A DNA stretch of 64,000 nucleotides from Candidatus Thorarchaeota archaeon (lineage in GTDB: Archaea; Asgardarchaeota; Thorarchaeia; Thorarchaeales; Thorarchaeaceae): positions 96,001 to 160,000 of the forward strand of contig JAGSHN010000005.1 in the NCBI GenBank assembly GCA_029855935.1, given 5' to 3'. This document shows, one piece after another, positions 27,680-37,552 of this stretch. The notes beneath the pieces are model-generated. The model saw only the letters and a list, made by a program, of their open reading frames with translations, did no database searches and was not told the origin of the DNA. The translations under genes were made by a program, and so were the position numbers. The stretch's first letter is position 1. Every line of letters begins with the position of its first letter.

Positions 27680-28750
27680 ATGATAGACATTGATGGCGCA
27701 TACGGAGAGGGCGGTGGACAGATTCTCAGAACGGCAGTTTCTCTCTCGGCCCTGACGATGAAACCCGTGAGAGTCTACAATATCAGAGCAGGTAGGACTC
27801 CACCGGGCCTGAAGAAACAACACATGGCGGGAATAAGAATAGTCGGGGAACTTGTCGATGCGCAGATTGATGGGCTCGAGGAGGGAAGTACCGAGATAGT
27901 ATTCCAACCTAGGGCGAGGAGGGGTGGTACGTTCAGACATGATGTTGGTACAGCGGGGTCCATTGGTCTCGTTCTTCAGGCAGTCATCCCAGCGGCAATG
28001 CTGGCTCCTGACAACATCACACTTGATCTTATCGGAGGCACCGATGTGGCTTGGAGCCCGCCGATAGACTACATGAGATACGTCTTTGCCCCTGTGGTCC
28101 GCCAGATGGGGGTGCACCTCGAGATTGAGGTGATGCGAAGGGGGCACTATCCACGGGGTGGCGGGAGAGTGAGATGCAGTATAAGACGCCCTGATGAGCT
28201 AGTGCCCTCCGTGATGGACCGTCTGGGCAGAATTGAGAGAGTTGAGGGCATCTCGCACTGCGTCAAGCTGCCAGCACATGTCGCCAGACGACAAGCAGAG
28301 GCGGCGGCCAGAGTTCTGAGAGTGAACGGAGTAGACAGAGTGGACATCCGAGTCGAAACCTACGAGAAGAAGTCTGACCCACACAGGGGGCCAGGCAGCG
28401 GCATTGTCCTCTGGGCGGTGGACGACTCGGGTCACATTCTTGGAGCAGATTCATTGGGTGAGAGGAATAAGAGTGCGGAGAGCGTAGGACAAGAGGCAGC
28501 CGAGAAACTCACGAGGTATATTGCCCGCGGAAGGGCACTGGATCCAAACTTGGGAGATATGATTGTACCCTACATTGCTCTCGCATCGGGAGAGAGTGCT
28601 GTTTCGGTGGCTGAGGTGACATCACATCTTCGGACAAATGTGTGGGCGACAAACAGGATTCTCGGTGTAAACATCAAACTCGACGAGTTTGACGACGGGA
28701 CCGGCAGGCTGATGGTGAGAGGAGTGGGGCTCAGGAGCCTGCCTCGGTGA
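27680..28750 (+). CDS. rtcA: RNA 3'-terminal phosphate cyclase
   Basis: EGGGQILR, GGTDVAWSP, RGHYPRGGG, HVARRQ, TSHLRTN. Confidence 0.95.
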   Translation: MIDIDGAYGEGGGQILRTAVSLSALTMKPVRVYNIRAGRTPPGLKKQHMAGIRIVGELVDAQIDGLEEGSTEIVFQPRARRGGTFRHDVGTAGSIGLVLQAVIPAAMLAPDNITLDLIGGTDVAWSPPIDYMRYVFAPVVRQMGVHLEIEVMRRGHYPRGGGRVRCSIRRPDELVPSVMDRLGRIERVEGISHCVKLPAHVARRQAEAAARVLRVNGVDRVDIRVETYEKKSDPHRGPGSGIVLWAVDDSGHILGADSLGERNKSAESVGQEAAEKLTRYIARGRALDPNLGDMIVPYIALASGESAVSVAEVTSHLRTNVWATNRILGVNIKLDEFDDGTGRLMVRGVGLRSLPR

Positions 28751-29771
28751 CAATGTCTGTGTCCGAGACGAGTTCGATCTCCTCCAACGCGGCCTCGATG
28801 ACCTCTGTGACGCCACGTCCCTCAGAGGCCACCATGAGCATAGCCTCAGGCACTCTCTCGCGAGCCGCACTAAGCCGGTCGGGAGGGGTGATGTCCACCT
28901 TATTGAACACTGCGAACAATGGATTCAGGGGGAACATCCGTTGAACCTCACGATAGAGGTTCATCTGTTGGTCGAAGCTCCACCCACACGCCTCAGAGGG
29001 GTCAAACATATAGACAATCACGTGCGCGAGGTACTTCAGGGCTGCAATCGCTGAACGCTCAATCTCGTTCCGCTCGCTCATTGGACGATCGAGAATGCCC
29101 GGCGTGTCAATCACTTGAACCCGTCTATCATCAATGTCCAAATGGCCCACAATCACATTCTTAGTTGTGAACGGGTAATATGCTATCTCAGGCTCAGCCG
29201 TGGAAACCGCCCGGACAAAGGTAGATTTCCCAACGTTCGGAAACCCTGAACACACTATTGTAGGAACATCTGAACTCACTCCGGGGAGCTTGGAGAGAGT
29301 CTTCTTTGCCTCGATTATCAGGTCGAGATTTGGGGCGGTGGCACGGAGAACGGAGGCAATACGACCTTTCGCAGCACTGCGTGAACGGCGAATCTGTTGA
29401 TAGTCATCAGAGAGTTTCATTGCCTCGATGTGCTTCTTGGTGATACTGTCTATGAGGGGGATGCAGTTGTAGACGGAACCGAGGGCCTGCCTGAGCCGAT
29501 CAAGGCCAATCAGGATGTCAGCCAGTTCGTAGTAGAATGGGTGAATCCTGTCTAGAGAGGGAAAGCTCTCTACCGCCAAGCGGAGCTTGCTCTTGACCTG
29601 CCTTGTGAACTCCTTGAGACGGGCAATCTCACGTATCTGCGTACGCTTGAGCTTGCTAAGACGCATGGAACTCTTCATGCTCACGCGTACGGAACGTGAG
29701 TGAGCGAACTTGATAATCTCCTCCGCTCTCATCACGGTGGGAAGCCTTGCGAAGGGATTCAGCCACGACAT
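28731..29771 (-). CDS. NOG1-family GTPase
   Basis: HPFY, GFPNVGKS, YPFTTK, DTPGILDRP..ERN, NKVD. Confidence 0.93.
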   Translation of the reverse strand: MSWLNPFARLPTVMRAEEIIKFAHSRSVRVSMKSSMRLSKLKRTQIREIARLKEFTRQVKSKLRLAVESFPSLDRIHPFYYELADILIGLDRLRQALGSVYNCIPLIDSITKKHIEAMKLSDDYQQIRRSRSAAKGRIASVLRATAPNLDLIIEAKKTLSKLPGVSSDVPTIVCSGFPNVGKSTFVRAVSTAEPEIAYYPFTTKNVIVGHLDIDDRRVQVIDTPGILDRPMSERNEIERSAIAALKYLAHVIVYMFDPSEACGWSFDQQMNLYREVQRMFPLNPLFAVFNKVDITPPDRLSAARERVPEAMLMVASEGRGVTEVIEAALEEIELVSDTDIVTEAGS

Positions 29772-29881
29772 CTCGTTTTCAGTCCTCTATGTTCGGCACA
29801 ACAGTTGAAAATGAGCTTTGGTAAACGTTTTAAAAAGAATGGAATGTCCTAGAGTAAGACGCTGACGGAGGATGAACGACG

Positions 29882-30472
29882 ATGTCACTTCCCACGGGTG
29901 CAACAGTTGTTGGAATCAAGTGCAAGGACGGGGCCATAGTTGGCACGGACTCCCTCATAAGCTGGGGGACATTCATAATCACCGATAAGGGCATCAAGGC
30001 ATTCAAGCTCACCGATAGAATAGTTCTTGCATCCGCGGGACTGACATCCGACTATCAGATGCTGGTCAATGAACTCAAGGCACTAATCAGACTGTATGAG
30101 CTGGATCACAAGAAGCAGATTAGCGTGAGATCCCTCGCGAAGATGGTCGCAAACACTCTCTACGCGCGAAAGCTAATGCCCCTGTTCGTCCAGACGATAA
30201 TAGTGGGAGTTGACGAGAGCGGCCCGGCTCTGTATACGCTCGACATGGGAGGCTCGCTTATCCCAGACGAGTACGCTGCTGCGGGCAGTGGCATCCAGAC
30301 AGCATATGGTGTGCTCGAAAACGGGTACAAGCCGGGGATGACAGTAAAGCAGGCCGAGAAGCTGGTCATTGAGGCCGTAAGAGCAGGAATGGCAAGAGAT
30401 GCTCAATCCGGTGGAAAGATCCATATCATGGCCGTCACCTCCGAGGGCGTGAAAGAGAGAGTGGTGGAGTAA
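29882..30472 (+). CDS. psmB: Proteasome beta subunit, probably non-catalytic (Thr1 replaced by Ala)
   Basis: TG-ATVVGI, D17 and K33 present, AAGSG, RDAQSGG. Confidence 0.92.
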   Translation: MSLPTGATVVGIKCKDGAIVGTDSLISWGTFIITDKGIKAFKLTDRIVLASAGLTSDYQMLVNELKALIRLYELDHKKQISVRSLAKMVANTLYARKLMPLFVQTIIVGVDESGPALYTLDMGGSLIPDEYAAAGSGIQTAYGVLENGYKPGMTVKQAEKLVIEAVRAGMARDAQSGGKIHIMAVTSEGVKERVVE

Positions 30473-30487
30473 CGATCTCTTCTGTGC

Positions 30488-31765
30488 GTGTGTGTCTGTT
30501 TGCCCGCTGCCACACTCATATTTCGGTTTCATAACCAGTCACGTTACACAGCGGCCGCGCTTCTCGCGGCTGTCGAGATTGACCATCGACTCACAGATCT
30601 CAGAATACTCGTTCCTTCTGAGATTAGCGAAGACATTGTGACGGGTGCCCTTCAGGAGAGCGAGATTGTAGTCATCGCTCAGTCGGTGATGAGCACGCAG
30701 GTCCAACGGGTCGAGAGAGAAACCAAGAGTATCAGGAAGACATTCGGTGACAGAGTCGTTCTCATCGGGGGTGGGCCGCATGCAAGCGCGAGACCGCACG
30801 ACCTACTCCGTATGGGATTCGACTACGTGGTTGTGGGAGAGGGGGAGAGAGTATTCCCTGAGATGCTCTACAGACTGAAGACAGGTAAGAGTCCCGCAGG
30901 GATTAGAGGAGTGGTATCGACCGAACGGGAAACATTTCCTCTGCCACGAGACCTTCCAAGGGTCGATCTCGACGAGTATCCGCCCTTTGCGATAGGATTG
31001 AACATTGTCGGTCCAGTCGAGATAACAAGAGGCTGCCCCTTTCGATGCAAGTACTGCAGTACACCCTTCTTGACTGGCGGGGTTGTTCGTCATAGATCGG
31101 TGCCAGTCATCAGGTCTTGGCTAGAGCGTGCCGTCAGAGAGAGAGGCTTCCGCCGCACGTGGTTCCTATCCCCCAATGCACTCTCCTACGGTGGGCGTGG
31201 CAGGAGGCCCAATCGGGCCAAGATTGAGAAACTATTGGCAGAGGTGACCTCGATAGAAGGTCTTGAGGGCGTCTATTTCGGCTCCTTCCCGTCCGAGGTT
31301 CGTCCGGAGTTTGTCACAGAACAAATACTGAGGATGATGAGAGAATACGTTGCCAACCAGTCATTGCAGATAGGTCTGCAATCGGGAAGCGATAGAATAC
31401 TCCAACTCTGTAATCGACACCACTCTGTTGCACAGGGAGTTGAGGCAGTACGCATCGCGCTCGACTGTGGTTTTGTGCCTCACGTCGATGTGATCTTCGG
31501 TCTGCCGGGTGAAAACATAGAGGACAGACTAGAAACTCTTGAGGTATGCAACGACCTAGTCAACATGGGGGCGAGAATCCACGCGCACGTCTTTATGCCA
31601 CTGCCGGGCAGCCCATTCGAGAATATGCCTCCGGGTCAATTGGACGAGCAAACACGGCGGGCACTAGGAGACCTCTCCAGACGCGGCCTGTTGACTGGTT
31701 CGTGGGGGAATCAAGAGAGTCTTGCAAGAATGCTCGCGGAACGGGGCGGCGGTTCCAAAGGCTGA
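30488..31765 (+). CDS. B12-binding domain radical SAM protein (start uncertain)
   Basis: GGPHAS, VGEGE, EITRGCPFRCKYC, GSFPSEVRPE. Confidence 0.88.
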   Translation: MCVCLPAATLIFRFHNQSRYTAAALLAAVEIDHRLTDLRILVPSEISEDIVTGALQESEIVVIAQSVMSTQVQRVERETKSIRKTFGDRVVLIGGGPHASARPHDLLRMGFDYVVVGEGERVFPEMLYRLKTGKSPAGIRGVVSTERETFPLPRDLPRVDLDEYPPFAIGLNIVGPVEITRGCPFRCKYCSTPFLTGGVVRHRSVPVIRSWLERAVRERGFRRTWFLSPNALSYGGRGRRPNRAKIEKLLAEVTSIEGLEGVYFGSFPSEVRPEFVTEQILRMMREYVANQSLQIGLQSGSDRILQLCNRHHSVAQGVEAVRIALDCGFVPHVDVIFGLPGENIEDRLETLEVCNDLVNMGARIHAHVFMPLPGSPFENMPPGQLDEQTRRALGDLSRRGLLTGSWGNQESLARMLAERGGGSKG

Positions 31766-31802
31766 TAAAGAGGGCCTGTTGCAATTCAGCAAGTGTTGCG
31801 AA

Positions 31803-32771
31803 GTGAAGACTAGTCTGCCTCCAAGGCTGAGAGAGCGACTGGAGAAGCAGGGCTATCACCTTCTAGGTGGCAGTGCCGCGTTCAAGCCCTGTCAATGGCA
31901 GCAGAAGAGCCTGCTGGAGGACAGAGCGTGCTATAAGGAGCGGTTCTATGGAATAAGTTCTCACCGATGCGTCCAGATGACGCCAGTCGTGCACAAGTGC
32001 ACCCATCAATGCAGGTTCTGCTGGAGAATTACGCCCTCTGACCTAGGTATAGAGTGGAACCAGTTGGAGGTTGGCCAGGAGGAAGTCATGGACCCCGAGG
32101 AGCTTCTCGATGCCGTGCTGATGGCCAATGTTCGATCTCTGGGGGGATACAACCCCGAGGCCGGGGCGAGTGTACCTCAAGAGAAGTATGTTGAGGCAAG
32201 GTCACCGAAACACGTAGCCATATCGCTGGCAGGTGAGCCGACACTCTACCCCAGACTGGGGGAGTTTATCGATGTCATTCACAGGCGAGGGATGACATCT
32301 TTTCTTGTCACAAACGGAACGCGGCCAAGGGTCCTGCGGAGCCTAATCGAGCCAACGCAGCTCTACATCACATTGACAGCACCAGACGAGAAGACCTACA
32401 GGCGAATATCAAGACCAATGATAAAGAATGGATGGGAGCAGTTGCAAGAGGCACAGGAACTGTTGCAGTCGATGTCGTGTAGGACCGCGAATCGACTGAC
32501 GATGGTGTTTGGACACAATATGCATCACCTGAGAGGCTATGCCAAGCTCATTCTTGGTGGGTTGCCCGATTTCGTGGAGGTGAAAGGATACATGTTCCTA
32601 GGAGCATCTAGAGCAAGACTGAAACACAGTAATATGCCATCACATAGAGAGATTCGTGCCTTCGCGGCCAAGCTTGCCGCATTGACGGGGTACTATGTAC
32701 AAGATGAGCAGGTAGAGAGCAGAGTCGTTCTACTCTCCAAGAGTAGACGGCCACCAAGAATCAGGACGTGA
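31803..32771 (+). CDS. taw1: 4-demethylwyosine synthase TYW1/Taw1 (start uncertain)
   Basis: CYKERFYGI.SHRC.QMTP, CTHQCRFCWR, HVAISLAGEP, EVKGYM..G.SR. Confidence 0.95.
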   Translation: MKTSLPPRLRERLEKQGYHLLGGSAAFKPCQWQQKSLLEDRACYKERFYGISSHRCVQMTPVVHKCTHQCRFCWRITPSDLGIEWNQLEVGQEEVMDPEELLDAVLMANVRSLGGYNPEAGASVPQEKYVEARSPKHVAISLAGEPTLYPRLGEFIDVIHRRGMTSFLVTNGTRPRVLRSLIEPTQLYITLTAPDEKTYRRISRPMIKNGWEQLQEAQELLQSMSCRTANRLTMVFGHNMHHLRGYAKLILGGLPDFVEVKGYMFLGASRARLKHSNMPSHREIRAFAAKLAALTGYYVQDEQVESRVVLLSKSRRPPRIRT

Positions 32772-33427
32772 CATGTGGGATGGACAAATCGGAGCTCAGA
32801 GCCACCTTGGAAACAATCCGGCGAGAGATAGAAACAGACGACAAGGTGAGGGAGAAGATTCTCCCCCTTGTCAGACAGGCAGTGCGCCTGAGTAGTGATG
32901 CTGTCAAGGAAACACACAGGGGAAACTACGATGCGGCATGGGACCTCGTCCGTAAGGCGCAGCAGATTGTTAGTGATGCCGAAGAACAACTCGCAGAGAG
33001 TGCCTTTCTGCAGAGAAGCCGAATTGTGGATGTTGCATACCAAGAACTTGTTGAGGCGGCCAACATCTTGTCCATACTAAAGGACGGAAGATATACTCGG
33101 CCTGACGAACTGGGTGTGCCAAGTAGGCCCTACCTTACCGGGCTGGCTGATACTGTGGGCGAGCTGAGGAGAGCAGTTCTCGACTCAATCAGACGGGGCG
33201 AGCTCGATAGTGCAGAGAGGCTGCTGCAATACATGGAGGAGATACTCGACGAGTTGAACACGTTCGACTTTCCGAGCGCACTGGTGCCCGATCTGCGCAG
33301 GAAGTGCGATGTTGCACGGAGTCTCGTGGAGCGATCACGAGGCGAACTCACTCTTGCCCTGTATCAGGACCGTCTGATCAACGAACTCAGGTTGTTCGAG
33401 AAGAGGATAGAGGAGATGAAACAATGA
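32768..33427 (+). CDS. Translin/TRAX (C3PO-like) family protein
   Basis: D.VREK, YQELVEA, YLTGLADTVGELRR, LRRKCD. Confidence 0.88.
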   Translation: MTCGMDKSELRATLETIRREIETDDKVREKILPLVRQAVRLSSDAVKETHRGNYDAAWDLVRKAQQIVSDAEEQLAESAFLQRSRIVDVAYQELVEAANILSILKDGRYTRPDELGVPSRPYLTGLADTVGELRRAVLDSIRRGELDSAERLLQYMEEILDELNTFDFPSALVPDLRRKCDVARSLVERSRGELTLALYQDRLINELRLFEKRIEEMKQ

Positions 33428-34101
33428 CATCACCCGAGATGTGGTTCACCCTCTACGCAATAGCAGGGAAGGGTGCGGTTCACAGGCGTGTGACTATGAC
33501 AACCCGCGAGTTGGGAGCAATGCTCGGCGTCAGTCAGCAGACGGCATCAAGACGCCTTGCAGAGTGCGTACGTGCGGGACTAGTCTTGAAGAGCCACTCG
33601 GTCAATGGGACGATTTTGCAGCTCACCGAAGAGGGCATCAGAGAGCTTGAGCGGGTTCTACAGGGGCTGGAGGCGGTATTTGCACCTCCGAGGGACGAGA
33701 TAGTGATAGTGGGAAAGGTCACGGAGGGACTTGGCGAGGGAGCATACTATGTGGACATCTATGCGCAGAAGTTTCAGGAGGCACTCGGGTTTCGTCCTTT
33801 CCCTGGAACATTGAACGTCAGAGTGATTGATGAAGAGTCACGTCGAGCAGTGAACATGATGAAGAAGAGCCCACCCCTGATAGTTCCGGGTTTCGTCCAC
33901 GAGGGTCGTACCTTTGGTGACGTCATATGTTATCGAGTAAAGGTCGGTGAGGATATCAATGCAGCAATAGTGATTGCCCAACGGACCCATCATAGCTCAG
34001 ACATTCTAGAATTGGTCGCACCTGTCAATCTTAGAAGGAAACTCGGTCTTCGTAATGATGATACGATAACCCTGCGGGTGGTCCCCCTTCACAGAGCGTA
34101 G
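33424..34101 (+). CDS. ribK: CTP-dependent riboflavin kinase with N-terminal wHTH
   Basis: SQQTASRRL HTH, GLGEGAYY, PFPGTLN, RTHH, ELVAP..LR. Confidence 0.92.
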   Translation: MTSPEMWFTLYAIAGKGAVHRRVTMTTRELGAMLGVSQQTASRRLAECVRAGLVLKSHSVNGTILQLTEEGIRELERVLQGLEAVFAPPRDEIVIVGKVTEGLGEGAYYVDIYAQKFQEALGFRPFPGTLNVRVIDEESRRAVNMMKKSPPLIVPGFVHEGRTFGDVICYRVKVGEDINAAIVIAQRTHHSSDILELVAPVNLRRKLGLRNDDTITLRVVPLHRA

Positions 34102-34775
34102 TGACCAAACTCTCCAGTCAGAGGAACAAATGCAACTCCACCCCATCTCTGCTTGCGTAGCGCCGAGTCAGACTTCTTCTCGACAATGAACAATTCCTGG
34201 TAGAATCCTCTCCAGCCAAGAGGAATCACCATAATACCCCCAGGCCTGAGCTGCTCGACTAGAGGCGGAGGAATGTCGGGAGCTGCTGCAGTGACCAGTA
34301 TCCTGTCAAAGGGAGCATACTCAGGAAGACCGCGGCCACCATCTCCCTCAATCAGCGTCACACGATCAGCATAACCAGCGCGTTCCAAGTTCTTTCGTGC
34401 GAACCCGACAAGAGAACTCACAATCTCGACCGTATAGACGTGACCAGGATTGTTAGATCCCTCGGGCGCTACGATCTCTGCACATAGCGCAGCATGATAT
34501 CCAGAACCGGCTCCTACCTCCAGGACCCGGTGCCCCTCTTGAAGGCGGAGAAGCTCGCACATGATCACGCACATATGCGGCGCAGATATTGTCTGCCCAC
34601 CAAGGATGGGAAGGGGAGTGTCGCGATACGCATCAGACCGCATCTGGGGGAGAACAAACTCCTCACGTGGAACTAGATTCAGGGCCCGCTCCACGGACTT
34701 GCTCTTCAGATAACCCATCCTCTTCAGGTTGGCTATGAGCTGCTCCTTGCTGCTCGATCTCCGAAAGCCGAACAT
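34089..34775 (-). CDS. pcm: Protein-L-isoaspartate O-methyltransferase
   Basis: VPREEF, QTISAPHM, LEVGAGSGY, APFDRI.VTAAA, FVPL. Confidence 0.95.
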   Translation of the reverse strand: MFGFRRSSSKEQLIANLKRMGYLKSKSVERALNLVPREEFVLPQMRSDAYRDTPLPILGGQTISAPHMCVIMCELLRLQEGHRVLEVGAGSGYHAALCAEIVAPEGSNNPGHVYTVEIVSSLVGFARKNLERAGYADRVTLIEGDGGRGLPEYAPFDRILVTAAAPDIPPPLVEQLRPGGIMVIPLGWRGFYQELFIVEKKSDSALRKQRWGGVAFVPLTGEFGHYAL

Positions 34776-34856
34776 CTGGCCCGCCTCTGATTGGCCGAAA
34801 CCACTGATGAACATGAGCCGACGCGTTGATAAAAGGCTTGAGTGGGATAGTGGGAT

Positions 34857-35285
34857 ATGAGGAGCATCCGGTTTAAGGCATTCGGCCACGAGAACATCAG
34901 AGCCACCCACAAAACGACCATAGAGATAACGAGGGAGGACCGTCTTACAACGAGAGGCGACTGTATCGTTGGTGTGAGGGCGACACTGGCCTTGGCCAGC
35001 CTCCCCTCTTGGGCCAAGGCTGCTGCAAGAAACCCATTGACTGAGATTGTCCTGAGATTGATTGTTGACGACTATGTACAGGAAGTGCGAGGTCATGGGA
35101 GTCCCGGGCTCACGTATGAGAGCGAAACATGCATGGTCGTACGACGCAGTAACTACACCTGCGGTAGAACCCTGATGGTTGGCGCTGACAAGGCCGCCCT
35201 CGACCTCGATAGGGAGTTCGTGAGAAGGCTCGTCCATCCAGAGGCCGTACTAGTATGCGAACTCCAGTACATCAGCCGATCATAA
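34857..35285 (+). CDS. DUF371 family protein
   Basis: GHENIRATH.TT.EIT....LT.RGDCI.GV, RRS.Y...RT, ADKAA.DL.R. Confidence 0.88.
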   Translation: MRSIRFKAFGHENIRATHKTTIEITREDRLTTRGDCIVGVRATLALASLPSWAKAAARNPLTEIVLRLIVDDYVQEVRGHGSPGLTYESETCMVVRRSNYTCGRTLMVGADKAALDLDREFVRRLVHPEAVLVCELQYISRS

Positions 35286-36336
35286 TGTCGGCCACCATCT
35301 GGACCTCGTACGGGGCACTATCACGTACCCGCTGCACAGTACATATCTTGGCAACCTCGTAGCCCGCATTGTTGATTAGATGGAGGACCTTCTCGCGAAG
35401 TCTATTCTTGGCATCGGCACTTGGTACAAAATCATAGTAGTGAATTATGCCTCCCCCGCGCACTGCTAGGCAGACCTCGGCGATGAACTGGCTGGCACCG
35501 GAGGGGTGGTTCATTATGACGCGATCCACGTTGTGGTCGAAGTTCGCGGGGACATACTGATGGGCATCAGCAACAACAGGAATGACTGTACCTCGGAGCC
35601 TGTTCATCTCAAGACTCTCTCTGAGAAGCGCAATGGCATGCGGATTGATGTCTATTGCCGTGACGGTCGCCTGATGATTGCGGGCTATGTGGAGTGCGAA
35701 AGGACCAACGCCCGTGAACATGTCCAGTACGCTTTCGCCATCTTCAACTTGTGCGGCCACACGATGATGCTCCTCTAGTAGCCTAGGACTGAAATAGGCC
35801 ACAGCAAGATCGACCGCGATTCTACACCCATACTCAGTATGGACTGTCTTCGTCTTGCGTACTCCCGACAGTAGCTCATAGTCGCGGGTTCTAGTGATCC
35901 CAGAGATAGCACCGCGCTTACACAGAACGGTCGAGAAGTTGGGATGGAGAGAGTGAAAGGCCCGTCCAATCTCAAAGCGATATTCATACAGCTCTCGGGG
36001 AATCTCGAGAATTGCTATGTTTCCCACGGCATCATACGCGCGGGGGAGCAGGTGGAGGAGATGTCTAGGCAAGACCCCTGTAAGAGCCTCTTCAATTGTT
36101 GAGGGGCCTCTTCTCTTCACGGGAATCTCTCTACGGCCGTACTCCAAGAGAAGATTTCCCAGAGCTTGAGTCACCTCTTCGAGAGAGGCGTCTTGGTGGA
36201 GAGGCAGCAACAACGTGTCACTCTCGTGCAGAATTCGTCGCTTGGTGTCAAGGAGATGTTGCCGCTGAAGCAGTCGTTTGGCGAGTTCCCCATTCTTGAC
36301 AGCGACCCTTGCATAGGGAGTTTCGTCTGTCATCAC
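35272..36336 (-). CDS. trm5: Trm5/Taw2-family tRNA m1G37 (wyosine pathway) methyltransferase
   Basis: YDAVGNIA, H.EYG, YFSPRL..EH, DMFTGVGPF, DINP, IMNHP. Confidence 0.88.
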   Translation of the reverse strand: MMTDETPYARVAVKNGELAKRLLQRQHLLDTKRRILHESDTLLLPLHQDASLEEVTQALGNLLLEYGRREIPVKRRGPSTIEEALTGVLPRHLLHLLPRAYDAVGNIAILEIPRELYEYRFEIGRAFHSLHPNFSTVLCKRGAISGITRTRDYELLSGVRKTKTVHTEYGCRIAVDLAVAYFSPRLLEEHHRVAAQVEDGESVLDMFTGVGPFALHIARNHQATVTAIDINPHAIALLRESLEMNRLRGTVIPVVADAHQYVPANFDHNVDRVIMNHPSGASQFIAEVCLAVRGGGIIHYYDFVPSADAKNRLREKVLHLINNAGYEVAKICTVQRVRDSAPYEVQMVADIMIG

Positions 36337-36426
36337 TACTGGAACTAGGGGACTGACCTAAGACCATTGTGATACGATCCTTGATCACGCAACAGGTAAG
36401 AGCACCCAGCCAAGAAACGAAGCAAA

Positions 36427-37485
36427 TCATAAGAAACGTATGTACTCTTGACCAGCGCCCTTCATCGTCCCGACCATCACCTGATATAGCGGCTCAGAGT
36501 CAGAACGTGGGACTTTGTCTACTCGTTGAAGCATGCCACAGACCTCGATTCTGTCCCCAGAGCGTAACAGACCGCGATATGCGCCCTCGTAAATCATCAG
36601 TCGGGTCACACGGAACGGGTGAATCAATTCTATCGGGTCTGAGATACCATAGAGAATCGACGGGAGAAAGATGCTGAACGTGTCATCGTGTATCGTCATC
36701 ACGGTCCGAATGGGCTGCGGGGACACGTTTCTGTACACCTCCGACCCGTGCAAAATCGGAGCCTCGTCAGGCATGAGAATTGGAGTGACACCGATGGAGA
36801 AGCCGTCGATACACAATGCTCTGCGACGCTCAAACAGGGTCTGAAGGTCACTCATAGTCAGATGGGTTGATCGCCCCAGCAGCCTCTGCTTTGATCTCAC
36901 CCACTCAGACTCTGGCCGTAGTTCGATGTAGGGCGCCTCTTCGGCCAATGTGTCATAGCCGTGCTCAAGGCGCCAACCGTTCTCCAAACCGTAGACATTC
37001 ATATTGACATCGGAGATTTCAGGGTCGTGAGCATTCCAGGCGACACTACCACCGACACCAATCCGTTCGAGCGGGATGTGTAGAACATCGTGTATGGCCT
37101 CAGCAAGACGCAGGGCTCGTTTCTCCAGAATGTCGGCGGGTCCATTCTTGACTATCGACTCCAGACGGCGATCGGGTAGAAAGTAGGAGGAGATGCTGGA
37201 CACGTGTATCTCGGGCAGTACTGTGCCAAAGTGCGAGTCGTAACGGAGAAAGTCCCTGGGGATTTGACTCTCCGCGGAGATCACAGACTCGACACCGCCC
37301 CAGAAGACCCGACGATATGTCTTGCCGGAGGACCTCCAGCGACCTCCCTCGTCGGGAACATACTTCAGGAACACCAGTACATGCTGCGGCGGTTGAATAT
37401 GACCAAGAACCGTATATACGCAGCCCTCACCATCTTGGACAATATCGCGGTCACGAAACCAGTTCAGTCTCTCCGTCAACACCAA
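36427..37485 (-). CDS. Pol-beta-superfamily nucleotidyltransferase-domain protein (COG1665-like)
   Basis: FRDRD, LGH..P, LKYVP, GVGGS...SDVN..VYG, G..IEV.G.L. Confidence 0.7.
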   Translation of the reverse strand: MVLTERLNWFRDRDIVQDGEGCVYTVLGHIQPPQHVLVFLKYVPDEGGRWRSSGKTYRRVFWGGVESVISAESQIPRDFLRYDSHFGTVLPEIHVSSISSYFLPDRRLESIVKNGPADILEKRALRLAEAIHDVLHIPLERIGVGGSVAWNAHDPEISDVNMNVYGLENGWRLEHGYDTLAEEAPYIELRPESEWVRSKQRLLGRSTHLTMSDLQTLFERRRALCIDGFSIGVTPILMPDEAPILHGSEVYRNVSPQPIRTVMTIHDDTFSIFLPSILYGISDPIELIHPFRVTRLMIYEGAYRGLLRSGDRIEVCGMLQRVDKVPRSDSEPLYQVMVGTMKGAGQEYIRFL

Positions 37486-37552
37486 TCACGCCAGTCTTGC
37501 CAGTGAGAAACGTAGATAGGGAACAGCCTCCTGCGTTCCAGTGTGTAAGCTG

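Noticed and set aside
34776-35237. Long N-terminal extension of pcm; similar extensions on the fumarase beta, ribK and 57479-58558 ORFs
   Set aside because: These overlap real neighbouring genes and are ORF-caller artefacts.
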